Shown: positions 12,136 to 26,098, counted from the first letter of the stretch. The stretch: 42,236 nucleotides of DNA from Octopus bimaculoides (GCF_001194135.2 NC_068999.1:40133938-40176173), one strand, 5' to 3'. Made by a program: numbers and translations. Notes: generated from the letters alone by a model not told the origin.

Positions 12136-12677
12136 CCAGAATATGAAAACTATGGCTTTAATAAAACATATTTTCATATTCATTCCACAGACAATAAGTC
12201 TCAGTTTGGAACAATAATTTTCTTGAGGGCGTTGATATTTTGATGAATATCGCGGCCTTCTTTTCTCAATACATTTGTAGTGAGTATTGTTGTTTATTTT
12301 CAACTGTTGGCGAGAATCATTGCAATAGTTTTATATCTGTTTCAGATTTGTTACTATAGGACTTTAAATGCTTTCACTGTTGACGTCAGATTTCTTCTAG
12401 CAAGCAGGAAATAATTTGACTATGATATATGGTGGTGACTTTTATTTAAATACACATCAGCAAATAGAGCTAAAACGTTGACACGCACATGAGCTGATAC
12501 AGACACATACAAGGACAGACGCACGCACACACACACATTTATGCGCATATCACATAATTCGTATAATTAAAGTGCCACGTAATATGACACGCAAAAATAT
12601 GTACAAAGCATTATGCGCAATGAAAGCCGAACACACACACTACAATACACAACCTACACATATTGTGTGAGTGTGCA

Positions 12678-12698
12678 TGTGTGTGTGTGTGTGCGCGC

Positions 12699-12729
<31 letters not shown>

Positions 12730-12733
12730 TGTG
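12678..12733. repeat. (GT)n(GC)10(GT)n alternating purine-pyrimidine tract
   Basis: A 21-nt pure GC alternation at 12693-12713 is embedded in GT repeats. Confidence 0.95.
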
Positions 12734-12837
12734 ATATGTCATATTGAATGTGTGCATGTAGCTATGCTGGTCAGTGAGAGAGTGTTTATACATGCTCACA
12801 TAAACATGCAAACATTCGCATCTATAAGTGTATAGAC

Positions 12838-12893
12838 ATCTGTGTATGTATGTGTGCATATATATATATGTATGTGCCTCTGTGTGTGTGTGG

Positions 12894-12931
<38 letters not shown>

Positions 12932-12939
12932 TATATATA

Positions 12940-12998
<59 letters not shown>

Positions 12999-13010
12999 GT
13001 GTGTGTGTAT
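12838..13010. repeat. (TA)n/(TG)n compound microsatellite
   Basis: Read directly from the sequence. Confidence 0.9.
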
Positions 13011-14540
13011 AAAAGTAAGCACATGTACATACAGAAGAGTGTGCGTGCGTGTGTGTATTAGTATGTCTGTATCGGAAGACAGCTGAATGTAAAGTTCAAT
13101 CTCTTCCTAATTAAATATTCAACGTCAGGTAAATTAAATCACACAAGTAAAATCACAATTTATAATATTCAGACATCGACAACGCTTGTTTTTCTCTTAT
13201 TGAATTCATGAAATACAACCAGTCATAACAAAGCCATAGAACATTTGCAGAAACTTTTCTCATATTTTTGTTATACATACAATTATGTCGGTATATACGT
13301 TCATTTGATTCTTCATATATTTCTTCATTCTTCGTAATTATATGAAGACGGAACTGGAAACTAAAATTTCACCGTGTTTTATCTAATATCTTGGAATAAA
13401 CTTTCCCAGCTAAGCTTCCATATATATTACTTGTTTAATGCATATCATATACAACCTCACGGATAAACACACACACATACATACATTCAAGGAATCTTGT
13501 GCTCTGTTCCCAAAATAGTTATATGTGAGGTACTGTTACGTGTCTCAGTGTAACTCAAATTTATTATTCAACCACCAGGCTTACGCTGTTATATATTATT
13601 AATACAAAATTCACACACAGTGAATCCGGAATTACATGATTAAACCTCAAAAATTACATTGTGATGTTTATAGAAACGGACTGCTAAAACGTTGTTAAAT
13701 CATCTCTGAAAAGTATTACATATTTCAAAGTAAAGTTTACACATTTGACATGCAACTTATTCATAGAAATTACCTGGCGAAACAATAATGCATTGTTTAA
13801 CTTATTATTTCATTCACGAACACTGACTCACACACACAAATGTACACACACACACACAGATGAGAACCTTTATAGCTATGTATATAAATCAACACATTTT
13901 GTATCTTACAATTTTTTTTCTTCCTTCCCTCTTTGTTTTTATTTTCTTCATTGATTATGTCGAAGAGCGTAGAATCGAAACGAAAAAGACTTTTCCAAAC
14001 TTACTGGTCGTTAAACTCACATGGCTGCTACTTCTTTCATCTGTATTCCTGTATTCTTATTTTGTTTTCTGTTAATTTGAACTGTATGCATGTATATAAA
14101 TATATATGTATATATATATATANNNNNNNNNNNNNNNNNNNNNNNNNNNNNNNNNNNNNNNNNNNNNNNNNNNNNNNNNNNNNNNNNNNNNNNNNNNNNN
14201 NNNNNNNNNNNNNNNNNNNNNNNNNNNNNNNNNNNNNNNNNNNNNNNNNNNNNNNNNNNNNNNNNNNNNNNNNNNNNNNNNNNNNNNNNNNNNNNNNNNN
14301 NNNNNNNNNNNNNNNNNNNNNNNNNNNNNNNNNNNNNNNNNNNNNNNNNNNNNNNNNNNNNNNNNNNNNNNNNNNNNNNNNNNNNNNNNNNNNNNNNNNN
14401 NNNNNNNNNNNNNNNNNNNNNNNNNNNNNNNNNNNNNNNNNNNNNNNNNNNNNNNNNNNNNNNNNNNNNNNNTATATGCAAAGAGAGAGGGAGAGAGTGA
14501 GAGATGTGAAAGGGGTACAGTGAACGTGCCGTAAGGAGTG

Positions 14541-14582
<42 letters not shown>

Positions 14583-15749
14583 TATACCTATACGGTAGGT
14601 GCATACATATATACATACATGATATCAATTTTATCATTTTACGCTAATATGTAAAGAGATTCCTATATGCGTATACCGAAGCAATTGTGTCAATATTACT
14701 CCGATCAACAGTCTGCCACCTTTGAAATATAAGCCATAGCATTCTTAACCTTACACCATACTTACTGTGATTCTGTTTATATATAAACAATGTTAGAAAA
14801 TCGCAATTGTCACTATTTCAATAATACCTCTGATTATCGCAATACCTCTGTGGACGTGTGCTTAACACGTGTTAGTTTATATAAACTATGTGCATGTGGG
14901 TGTGTGTTTGTGTGTGACTGTCTACGTGTGCACATGCATATCTGTATGCATGTATATCTATATATGTACAAACATGTTATTGTGTCTATACAGGTAAAGA
15001 GACACAGAGAGAGATACACACAAACACACAGAGAATAAGAAGACATAATTCCATAAGTTAAGCACGTTTCTTCTGGTTTTCCAGTTGCATTTTTCCTATA
15101 CTCAACACTTAATGATTGACAAACCGTATCACTTTTTATTATCGTCGTTATTACTTCCCTTCTTCCTTTTCGTTTGTTTCATTTGGTTTGTTTTGTACAT
15201 TTATTAGTCTTCTCTTGATCCGAGCTATTTTCATTGAGATTCAGACGATTGAGATAGCAGACTAGACACGACCAGACACAATGATATAGTTTTCCTAAGT
15301 GAGATATGATAGCTACAATATTAAGGTGTATGATGGATCATAAATCTGGCATATAACACACGGATCAATACCTGACATCTGGCTTAGACGTCAAAGGAAG
15401 TCGGTATTAAGTAAAATAATACGTGTCTGTAATATTATGGTAGGTGTTACATCGATGACGTGTTCAGAAATATGTTTGTTTAAGCACGCATACATATGCG
15501 CTCGCCATTGGTGTCTAGTCGCACATTGACAGACGTTAGCCTCAACTCGTGGACACACACTCGAATATACACACATTTGCTGCTACAGATTGACTGACTC
15601 GCATTATATATATATATATATGTTGACGCACACATATACTCACACTTATATACCCAAGATAGATAAAAGTTTATATCCATAATTATTTTTGGCTGTTTTT
15701 CAATGTGTCTCATGTGTAGGATGTATTTCTTTGTCCATGGATAATTCTT

Positions 15750-15810
15750 ACTCTCTCTCTTTAAATCTCTCTCTCACTCTCACACACACTCTCTCTCTCT
15801 CTATCTATCA

Positions 15811-15857
<47 letters not shown>

Positions 15858-15880
15858 CATCTATCTCTCTATCTATTTCT
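15750..15880. repeat. (CT)n-(TCTA)n microsatellite
   Basis: Read directly from the sequence. Confidence 0.9.
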
Positions 15881-17007
15881 ACTTAATTATCTATCGATCT
15901 ATCTTTATATGAGTGTGNNNNNNNNNNNNNNNNNNNNNNNNNNNNNNNNNNNNNNNNNNNNNNNNNNNNNNNNNNNNNNNNNNNNNNNNNNNNNNNNNNN
16001 NNNNNNNNNNNNNNNNNNNNNNNNNNNNNNNNNNNNNNNNNNNNNNNNNNNNNNNNNNNNNNNNNTATGTATGTATGTATGTATGGATGTACGGGTTAGA
16101 GGGTCGGGCTTACAATTGTGAGGTAATTTTATATTCCCTCACCAGGCTGTGTTGTATTCTTAAGATATCTTATAAAAATTTTCTAACACATTTTTTTACC
16201 GTGTAACTTTCCAACTCTCAAGAAACATATGTCTGTCCTGAGATTGAAGATGTTGTAATATCTGATGAGAAATTAATTTCAATTTAATGACTTTGCAAAT
16301 ATATCTTAGATAGGGTTGAATCTTATAGCTTCAAATGATTGCATCTGTGATACCGATCATAACACCCAAAGTAAACAAACAAATTAAGTCTGTCTCAAAC
16401 GGAAATAAAATATTTCTTCAGAGTCTTATCGAGCATCACATATTCAACGGTTGGGTCTCTAGAAGCAGAAGATTTCTTTAGAATACTTTAAGCTCTTGAA
16501 AGCCATTACAGACGCATGGACGTGACATATTTATAATATACGTTGTTACTGATTGTAAAATATTGAGATTTTCGGTCGCATAAAAGTTAACTCAATATTT
16601 CATATCAAACGAAAGTGAGATTAGTCGGCAACACCGTCAGTAAGACAACTGTGAAAATCAGGTTTAAAGTTGCCAACTGATACCTCACACCTTCCTCACT
16701 AAAAAGTCATCTCGTATATCATTTGAAACTCACAAATGACCGCCATGTGTATCAAGTAAATATAAAGCGAGAGTTGTTCGAAACAAAACAATCTCATCAG
16801 GTTTCATTATCAACTCAAATTTTGCTGGCGTAAATCAGTGTTAACCACACCAATTCTGATAAATGTTCTTATAAACCAAGTTGTAAAAGGAAATGAAGCG
16901 ATGCTGAAGCCGTTTACAAGAGATAAATAACTGAAGATGTTAAAACACAACAAAGATTTTCTCTATCCGGTTGTAAACATTAACGATTCCAGACACAAAA
17001 GCTATGC

Positions 17008-17175
17008 TCACACGCAAACACGCACACACACACCCGCACACACACACACACATACACATACACACATACACACATACACACACACACACAAACATACACA
17101 TATACACATATACACACATACCCTTATAAACACACATACACACACACACATGTATATATACCTATGTGTACACAC
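17008..17175. repeat. Degenerate (CA)n microsatellite
   Basis: Read directly from the sequence. Confidence 0.9.
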
Positions 17176-17425
17176 GCAAACGTGTATGAGAGAGAAAAGT
17201 GTGTGTGTATGCAGACATATATTTTTGTTTGTATAAGTGAGTTGTTTGGAGTTGTATGTGTATATTTGTGTATATACGAGATTTAACACACATGCACAGG
17301 ACTCATTAAATCACTACATAGAACATAATGCGATATTTGCACCTGGCGTCTGTTTCTGAGTTCAAGTATTACGTAGATCAAGTTTGCATTTTATCCATTT
17401 TATTGTCGATAAATATATTACTAAC

Positions 17426-17467
17426 CAAGAGGTGCTGCACCTCCATTTTCTTGAAACGCTTGAGTTC
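17426..17467 (-). CDS. Candidate 42-nt internal exon of an unidentified gene
   Basis: A long pyrimidine tract ctttttcgttatctctctttacaag| precedes it (AAG acceptor, suboptimal), and the donor is ttg|GTTAGT. It is open in all frames (ELKRFKKMEVQHLL or GTQAFQENGGAAPL). Confidence 0.28.
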
Positions 17468-19054
17468 CTTGTAAAGAGAGATAACGAAAAAGTGTGGGAG
17501 CGAAATGTTGGCCACATTAGTCTACTTTTAACTGTCCATGTAATGTTATTAGCAAAATTTTCCACATTTCCAAGTTCCACGAATAGTTTACAGATTTTAA
17601 AAGGAAGGATCACTCCTCAAATTCCATTATTCAAATTGAAAATACTCAATTTAATGAATATAGATTTAAACCATGTATTCTTTAAAATTATAAAACATGG
17701 CACACCATGTTGGTACAAGTTTTAGATATAAAGAAATTGGTTTCTATTTGCTTTACTTTTAGGCGCCGTTATCTACATTTGACATCAAACAGCCTGGCAT
17801 GAGGAACAAAGGAAATGTACCATAACTTTGAATCCGCCATGAATATTCCTGAAAAAATATTCTCCCTTGTATTTTCCTAAAATTCAAGCCTAGACATGTT
17901 TAAGAGTAAACAGATGTGAGTGTCATAAATTGCGTTAACGTCATTCATAGCAAACGTCTTGACTTCCATTGAATATGATTTGAAAATTATATTTCGTAAA
18001 AGTAATAAATTACATATGAAGGAAAATAAAAACTAAAGCTTATACAGAGTGAATAAGGTGCATTTCCACAATATATTCTCTGATTAAAACGGGAAGAAAG
18101 AAGAGAGTGGAAAATAGATAAAGAATATATGGTGAAGAAATGAACAAGAATAACTGACAAAGTAGAGACTAAATTTCAAGAGAATGAATTAAATTTTTGA
18201 ATGGCAGACATTGATACCGAATGTCTGCAGGGAGACAGTGTCTCATGCAACTGACAGTAGCTACTCTTTACTAAGGGAAGGTAAAAGGGGCAGAAATTTG
18301 TCTTTATCAATGCTATTATGAGTGCTAGACGACTTAAGTCGACATCTGATATAGTTCCCTACTGTTTGTGTTTCAGCTTGTTTTTAAAATTGCACAGATG
18401 TAAGAGATGCTGTATCAAAGCACAACTAAACAAGCTATCATTTATGTCTTTGCTTTAAGTATGACGCACAATTTTATATGCATACATTCCATCTCACACT
18501 CACACACGCGCACACGCACGCGCGCGCACATACATACATACACTAATTGTTATCTCTTATGAGTAATAATGCTCTTTAAATATTTATTAATTAATGAATT
18601 AGTTCGTTTTTTCAGTGCGGCTTGGACACTCAAACAAGCACAAGTCAATTATAGGTAATGTCATGAGTAGACTTGGCCGCAGCGAATGAAGTGCCTTTGG
18701 CGCTAAATTCGAAATATTGATACCAGGTTAACTGGCATTGCTTCTTGCAATTTTGCAGAGGAAAGGTGCAACCCTTATCACTTATTTTTTTTTTCCACCA
18801 TGCCTTTAAAAATTTCGTGTCAATTCGTGTGGCTTCGGAATGTTTTTGACTCCTATTTTTAGCTAAGCTGGTGCTTCTTAGTGCCCCTGTTATATATAAT
18901 TCTTTTATATATATATATCTATTAATTTTGCCTATACAGTTTTAAGCTTGCAGCCACCAATATTGTTATTTCTAATAATGTTCTTTATATATTTACACAT
19001 ATGCACATATATACGATGAATCGCCACAAGTTTTGCCCCTACTTAATTCATTCG

Positions 19055-19166
19055 TAAAACATAGTCTCTTGAGGATTATAGTAGACGGCACTTATCCAAG
19101 ATGCTGCATTGTTTGAATGAAGCCGAAACCACGTGACTGCAAATCTAGTTTCTGTACCAAATGGCC
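19055..19166 (-). mobile_element. tRNA-derived SINE head fragment
   Basis: The rc reads ggccatttggtacagaaactagatttgcagtcacgtggtttcggcttcattc...gcatcttggataagtgccgtctactataatcctc, the same family as the head at 4480-4630. Confidence 0.6.
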
Positions 19167-19950
19167 AAGACTTTACCTATATTCAATTAAACGTGAACAT
19201 TTTCAAAAGTATCGGAACCATAAGAAAATCATCAATGTATATACTGTAGAATATGCATAAAACTCAAGATGCCTTTTATTAATGCTGTGTAATATACGCT
19301 ATGTAATATGTGTGTATGTAATATCTGTGTTAATATGTGTGTGCATGTGCGTGCGTATGTGCTTAAGTTAATGACAACTAATATTATCCACAGTACATCA
19401 TTAGTGGCTAATGTAAAGTGACTATTCGCAGCTGCTAATTTATACCACGATCATACGGCCATGATATAACGCCAGGTGAGACTAAGAAGGATATATTGTA
19501 AATTGAAGTGAGCATGACTGGTGTACACATCATATGCGTAGGTTTGTTACCATATTTACACCATATAACTGTACAGTATATATATATATATATCTTATAC
19601 ATAAATAGCAATTTCTGTCCGAATGTTACCATCTTATTGCCCATACAAATGAATCAAAATTTCACAAAGCTTTGCATACATGTTGAACTAACATCCAGTT
19701 CAATTATAGTCTAATTAAATTTCGATGAAAACATATAATGGGCCCCGTAGTGGGGATGGGCTATTATATGATAAATGAGAACAGTGCAAGAGTGTTAGTT
19801 GAGGGAAATTTGGGGGTTTAGTGAGTGTGACTGATTTCAGAGATGGGGGAAACAGTGTTGTGTAAGCAGAAAGGGAGACATGACCAGAATATTTAATTAT
19901 CAAATAGAACAAATAATTATCCGAGGGTGTTAGATTAGGATGGATTATAT

Positions 19951-20129
19951 CAGGGGTCTCGAAAGTGGTCGATATCGAACCGTAGGGCCCGATAGGACGA
20001 TTCAAGGGATAGATTAATGCACATCTATTATCATTATTTTTTTAATTTTCTTGTACATGCCTGGAGGTCAATAAGCGGTCAAGGATTCTGTGAAGGGATC
20101 GGTGGTTTAACAGGTTTGGGGGACCACTG
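19951..20129. mobile_element. hAT-type MITE (~179 bp)
   Basis: The left end is CAGGGGTCTCGAAAGTGGTCGATATCG and the right end rc is CAGTGGTCCCCCAAACC (hAT CAG(G/T)GGT-type TIRs). The 8-bp flanks gattatat and aactatat match at 6/8 positions, consistent with a decayed 8-bp TSD. Confidence 0.72.
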
Positions 20130-20453
20130 AACTATATGCGGGGTGTGGGCACCAGCTCGATTCCCTTAATCGTCTCTCTGATATATTCCGGGTCGTTGGA
20201 GTCATATAAGAACGCAAGATGTAGGTATTTATATTTCAATGACTATATATTGGAGCAGGTTGACTCGGCAGTAGATATTACAAACTTTCAAAAATAAGTG
20301 GGGAGAGAGCAATATTTAATCAACGATAATGTGTTAGTTGTGGAGAGATATTTATAGATTTTCAGAATGCGAGAACAGCAGTAGTTAAGAAGTGCAATAA
20401 TTATGATTTGGGATACAGTACACGAAATAGCAAGTCGTAGTAGCTTGACAAAT

Positions 20454-20496
20454 GTGTGTGTGTGTGTGCGTGTGAGTGTGTGTGTGTGTGTGTGTT

Positions 20497-20545
<49 letters not shown>

Positions 20546-20761
20546 GTGTATGTCTGTATACATATCCAATTGCTGAATTTATGTGTGTACACGTGTGTAT
20601 GCGTGTGCGTATTTAGGGATGTCTATGTACATATAGGTATGTCCGTATATGTATGTGTTTGTCTGTATACACACACACACACACACACGCATAAATAAAT
20701 AAATATATATATATATATATGTGTGTGTGTGTCTGTGTGTCTGTGTGTCTCTGTGTGTGTG

Positions 20762-20805
<44 letters not shown>
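20454..20805. repeat. (TG)n/(CA)n/(TA)n microsatellite cluster
   Basis: Read directly from the sequence. Confidence 0.9.
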
Positions 20806-20806
<1 letters not shown>

Positions 20807-22815
20807 TGATATTTACACACATAAATAAACACATTTTCTTGTGACTCGAGGTGTATGTGTCTGATTATGTCTCGTAGTTAACGAGTTCTCACAAGCGGAC
20901 TACTTTGATATAATGTAGGTCTGCCCGAAATTCTCACCATTAAATTGTAATCTCTTCACTGCACGAAAACTTTAAGCTGCAATAAGCATGTAACAATTGA
21001 TTTTTAAGTAAATGAGAAACCATTCTGGTGAAATGCAATACACAAACTGCGCAATGACACGGATGCGTTTATATTTAACAAAGCACTTTAAACTGGCGAG
21101 AGGCAAGAGTTAGAGATTTAGAGAGGGTGTGAAAAGAATTAAGTTAGGAAGAGAGAGAGAGAGGAGAGAGAGGGAAAGTGAGAGAATACGTAGAAAAACA
21201 ATAAAAATCGTTTAGCAAAAACAGACGAAGAAGCAGCATTGGAGCCGTTGCCTTCTCAGAGTTGATAAATATATGGCCGCAGTTTTCGTCCATTCCATTT
21301 ACGAAAGGTTTTAAATTTCGTTGGCAATTGGAAATTTTTATTATATGACTTGGTAATTTTATATATAGAAGCTTTGCTCGTTAACTTACCTTTGGCTCTA
21401 AATTTCCAACAAGCCATTGGTTTTAAAGAAAATGAAGATGTGTAAAGGCTTACACGGACAAGCCATATGCACCAACTCACGCATAGAGTTACATACACGC
21501 AGACACACACACACACATTCGCACGCAAAAATATTTTTCAGACCCTCAGAAACTAACGTGTGGGAAAAAATTATGTTAACCCCAGACCCTCAAACTGGCC
21601 CTAATCCTTTCAATTGCTGCAGTTGCCTGTCTATTTTATAGTGTATTTATTCTACGCAATGTTGTGTTCTATTTTTACTTTATCTTTTCTCTTGATCGTA
21701 AGTATCGCAGAATATAAAAATTTTAAGAGATAGCACTTTTCATAGCCATCACTAAACTGGTTGGTTACCGATACATTAAGTCTATGTGAGAATTCTTCAT
21801 AAATAAGACATACAGCACTAGTGGGACTTTTCCTTAAAATGTATATCAACAGCTTCGAATAAATATTATTCTAGAAGTTTGTGTTGTGTACAGAACGATG
21901 TGCAACACATGAGATGGTATTCTACTTTCTTACGCACGAATAATACCCCGCCACTATCGCTCACTGGAAATAACAAAATCGATACGGAATCATATATTTT
22001 GAGGTTTTTGAAACAGATGCGAGAGACTTAACTACTTATGTTAAATGTGTTAGTACTCAAACCAATTCCATAAAAATTGAAATAATATTAAGGAAATTGC
22101 ATATAGCATAACAGTAATAGGCTATATGAGAAGGAGTTCATGGAAAACCGATAAAAAGAGTGATGGTAATATGAATAGAATGTATCAAAAATTCTATACA
22201 ATGCAAAGCAATATTATTACTGAAGCCTATTTTGTGCATTAAGTCGCTATGAATAGATAAAACGTTTGGATGCACATTGAAACGTGAGGATTATCTCATG
22301 CTTAAGAATCCCTAATACGGCTTTCAAATAAACCCGTCTTTCTGGACTAATATATCTATCTTTAAAAATAAGAAGCTACTTAGCAGACGTTTTGTAAGGG
22401 AGATAATCAATAAACATAGGAAATTGAATGTTTATAAGAGTGAACATACAGAAACACAATTATTGAGTGATTTAAGCTTTCGGATTACGTTTATTCGAGA
22501 TTTGCTCAATCTAATATTGTTTACTAGTAAAATACATAACGACTTGACTTTTTAATTGATAAACTTAATTCCGTTGGGATATAAAGGAAATTTAATTAGA
22601 GATTATTACATATTAGACGAAGAATAATTTTCTGAATGATAAGGACACTAACGTCGTGAAGGAATCTGACCCTATGTGTAGTATAAACGTACCTAGGAGT
22701 GCAGCAATGCAACTATATGTGAGCATGTCTCCTAGAGATTGGCCAATACTGAAAAGAGTTAATAATAAATACTGGTGGCCTATACAGAGAAGAAATTTTA
22801 GTTGTAGCTACTCAC

Positions 22816-22857
22816 CTGACGCGCATGCGCTGAAAGCATTGTGGACCCATTGAATAG
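22816..22857 (-). CDS. Candidate 42-nt internal exon of an unidentified gene
   Basis: The acceptor tttattttgattttcatttctag| and donor cag|GTGAGT are both strong. The segment is GC-richer than its flanks and open in all frames (LFNGSTMLSAHARQ, AIQWVHNAFSACAS or YSMGPQCFQRMRV). No homology was recognised. Confidence 0.38.
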
Positions 22858-23653
22858 CTAGAAATGAAAATCAAAATAAATACGACACGATGAAATAATT
22901 AACTTCTTCCATGTCACAATCGATTTAGATAGTAATATCTACAGACATTAAACAAACACCCTTCGATAAAATTAAATATATAAATAAGGATTATTACCGC
23001 CTCCCTACAGTATCTCAGGCTAATTCCATGCGTTTGTACAAGGATCTACAAAGTCTCTCTTAGCAGAGAGATGTATGATAGTAAAGTACGATATAACGAT
23101 GCATTATATCGTCAAAGTTAGTTATATACAGTTACAGCCAAAAGCAACAACATGAATTAAGAATTGGACCAACAATACCATCTCGTTCTTTCAGAATATT
23201 TTCTACGAGGAGATATTTTTAGAATTAATAGACAAGCAATTTCTCAGCCAACGCTTGTATGCGAAAAGAAAATATATTAACACAGAAACTAGAAACGCCC
23301 ACCTATGAAGCCTACATATACATGGATGTGACGACTTAACAAAAGTTATAGTGTCAACGTACTAACGGTTGAGAGGAAATAGTCACATTCAATTTTATAA
23401 ATATTAATCAAATACATTTCACTTGAATATGCATGAAATTCTAAATATTAATTATTGTAATTAATATAAATTTACAATTCAAATAAGTGAAACATTGAAG
23501 TAGGAAAAAATATTTCCTGAATCTTGAAATGCCGCAGTATACACACAAATGCGCGCGCAGGCACACGCGGTCGCGCACGCGCATCAAACTCATACATTTC
23601 AATAGGATAATCTTCCTTTATAACTATGCGTGACAATACTTTCTACGTATTTA

Positions 23654-23704
<51 letters not shown>

Positions 23705-24443
23705 NNNNNNNNNNNNNNNNNNNNNNNNNNNNNNNNNNNNNNNNNNNNNNNNNNNNNNNNNNNNNNNNNNNNNNCACACACACACACATATATATATTTC
23801 TATATATATATTTTTTATATAGTTAGATATCCTCCTGATCGAACTCACTGTACCTTAAGAAGCCACGAGTGAAGATGCCCATGTCTGCTCCTCATCCGTG
23901 CATAGTTCATGTTTCTTTTAGACAATGCTCTTCGAACTATATGAACTGTCCCCACTACATTGAGGGCCATGGTAACTCATGAAACGATGAAAATGTCACT
24001 TCTATGAGTAGCAGTAGGAACGAACACAAAGAGGCTTTTTTTTTTGTTTGGCTCAACTACATGATATACAGGTGTATAGAAATGATTAATTTGCTTCCTA
24101 TACATGTCCAGTCCTACGGCTATCAACGCTAGTGAGACTAATTATAAATTCACACCCAGCAGCAAATGACATTACAATGTCCAATAAAGGAAACAGAATA
24201 CACAACAACTCAATATTGTTTGGCAATTTATTGTATAAGCCGGTCAATATAAAAAGACAAAATTAGAGCGACAGGTGAAATCGTTGACTTGTTATTAAAT
24301 AAAACATGTTAAATGTCTTTGAAAATAATTAGTTATTTAATAGAATTTGTTCGCATAATAGTTAATGGATAGTCTACAATATGAAATTACAATAAGTACG
24401 CAGAATTTACAATGGACAGAAAAAATCCTTCAAGCGGAGAAGG

Positions 24444-24482
24444 TGACCTATGATCAAAAAGCACCTCCAGTATGACGGTCCC
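24444..24482 (+). repeat. Short fragment of the interspersed repeat also seen at ~7590-7640
   Basis: gacctatgatcaaaaagcacctccagtatgacggtccc resembles tacctaccatcaaaggttttttctccagaatgatcatcgcc and a recalled octopus repeat consensus. Confidence 0.35.
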
Positions 24483-24589
24483 ATCACATTTGAACCCCAG
24501 TTGCGAAATATTCTAATAGAGTGTCATACACTGGGAATTCGTACTGCAACTCCAAATCCTGATGTCCAAAAGTAACGTCACAATCTTCT

Positions 24590-25880
24590 TTGATCACCTA
24601 CATTAAGTTCCACACCAGCATTGCTAGTAACACCAGTCACATCATAATTCACACCACCACCACCAATAGAATACACATGCCAAATCTACTAGGTCACCCA
24701 TGCCATCACCTACATCAAAATTCCCAACTCCCACCACTACGTTCTTTGACCAAAATAGTAAAGCTCTCATCAGCTCATGTGCCAAATCATTACTTCTAAA
24801 AGCAAGATCTAACAGTCAAGGTCTACAAGTGCAACAATATCACCTTCGCCACTGAAAAGAAATATTGTTACAACCATTATAAATATGATCAGCACAGCAA
24901 AAACATCTACGCCAACCTATCATAAAAACACCATGCCAATAATCGCACATATACGACGCCAGCAACACACGATGCCTCCACCGTCTCTGCCACTACTGCA
25001 CTTCCTTCACAACAACAGCATCAATGTCACATCTACCACTACTATAACTACCATAACCACAATCCCAAGAACAACTTCACGGTTAAACACAAACATGATA
25101 TGTTTTAAGTGTCAAATATATTATTGTGAAATCGCAAGAGTATATTATAGAAGTGAAACATCGGCTTCAGGAAAGAAAATGAAATAGTTTAACACGTTAC
25201 ACTTTAAACTCCAGTAACCACAGCACCAGCATTAACAACAGCTTGACTTGCAAGAAACAACAGCAAATGTAGCGACAATATGAAAAACACTATTTACGGT
25301 AGCATCAATAATAACAATGAAGAGAAGAAAAAAAAAACAATGTAGGAACAGGCAGAACAATGACAGCTCTAATGACAGAAATAGCAAGAATTACAACAAC
25401 AACAGCAGCAGCAACAGCAGTAGAAATGGACAATAATAATGGAGGCGGGAATAGCGATTTGACCAACGACCACTGTGACATTAGTAACAGCAATAAGAAG
25501 ACAATGACTGTAGCAACAGCGGTAACAGCAGCATAAACAATAAAAGCATCAAATGCAACGATGACAGTTTTATCAGAGACAGGAAAAAAAGAGCCACCAA
25601 CAGCAACAATAACGACAACAACAATGGCCACAAGAACAAAAACACTAACAAGAACCAAAAACGGTAGCAGCAGCAACAAGGATAGTAACAATAACGACAA
25701 TTCAACACATACAAGAAGAACTAAAATGGCGAAAAAAAGAGCAGACATTCCGGCGAAAAGGGACAGAGAAAACGTTAGCCAAATGTGTTCACGAAAAACA
25801 TTGACACAAAATTGCACTGGGGAAGAGCAACAACAATAACAACCACGAGGAAAATAACAAACAAAAATCAACAACATTAA
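24590..25880. repeat. Cryptically simple, strand-biased CAC/AAC/AGC-rich low-complexity region
   Basis: The plus strand is A/C-rich and T-poor, built from degenerate ACC/AAC/AGC triplets. It explains the Thr-rich plus ORFs and the hydrophobic minus ORF 25305-25877. Confidence 0.75.
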
Positions 25881-25924
25881 TTAAAACATTGAAAATCAGA
25901 TAAACAATGACAAAGGATGCAGAA

Positions 25925-26028
25925 AGGGCGGGAGGAGAGAGAGAAGGGAAAAGAGAGAGACAAGGAGGTGAGGAGGTAGAGAGAGAGAAAGAGAGAGNNN
26001 NNNNNNNNNNNNNNNNNNNNNNNNNNNN

Positions 26029-26087
<59 letters not shown>

Positions 26088-26098
26088 GGGAGGGAGAG
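25925..26098. repeat. Polypurine (AG)n tract spanning a gap
   Basis: Read directly from the sequence. Confidence 0.9.

Noticed and set aside
17763-17915. Strong plus-strand acceptor with a downstream GTGAGT donor
   Set aside because: It has stops in all three frames. It could only be a noncoding or terminal exon, with no supporting evidence.
19735-19820. G-quadruplex candidate
   Set aside because: Only three closely spaced G-runs are present, and the fourth is too distant.
25305-25877. 190-aa hydrophobic minus-strand ORF that looks like a membrane protein
   Set aside because: It is the reverse complement of degenerate AAC/AGC repeats, which lack stops by composition.
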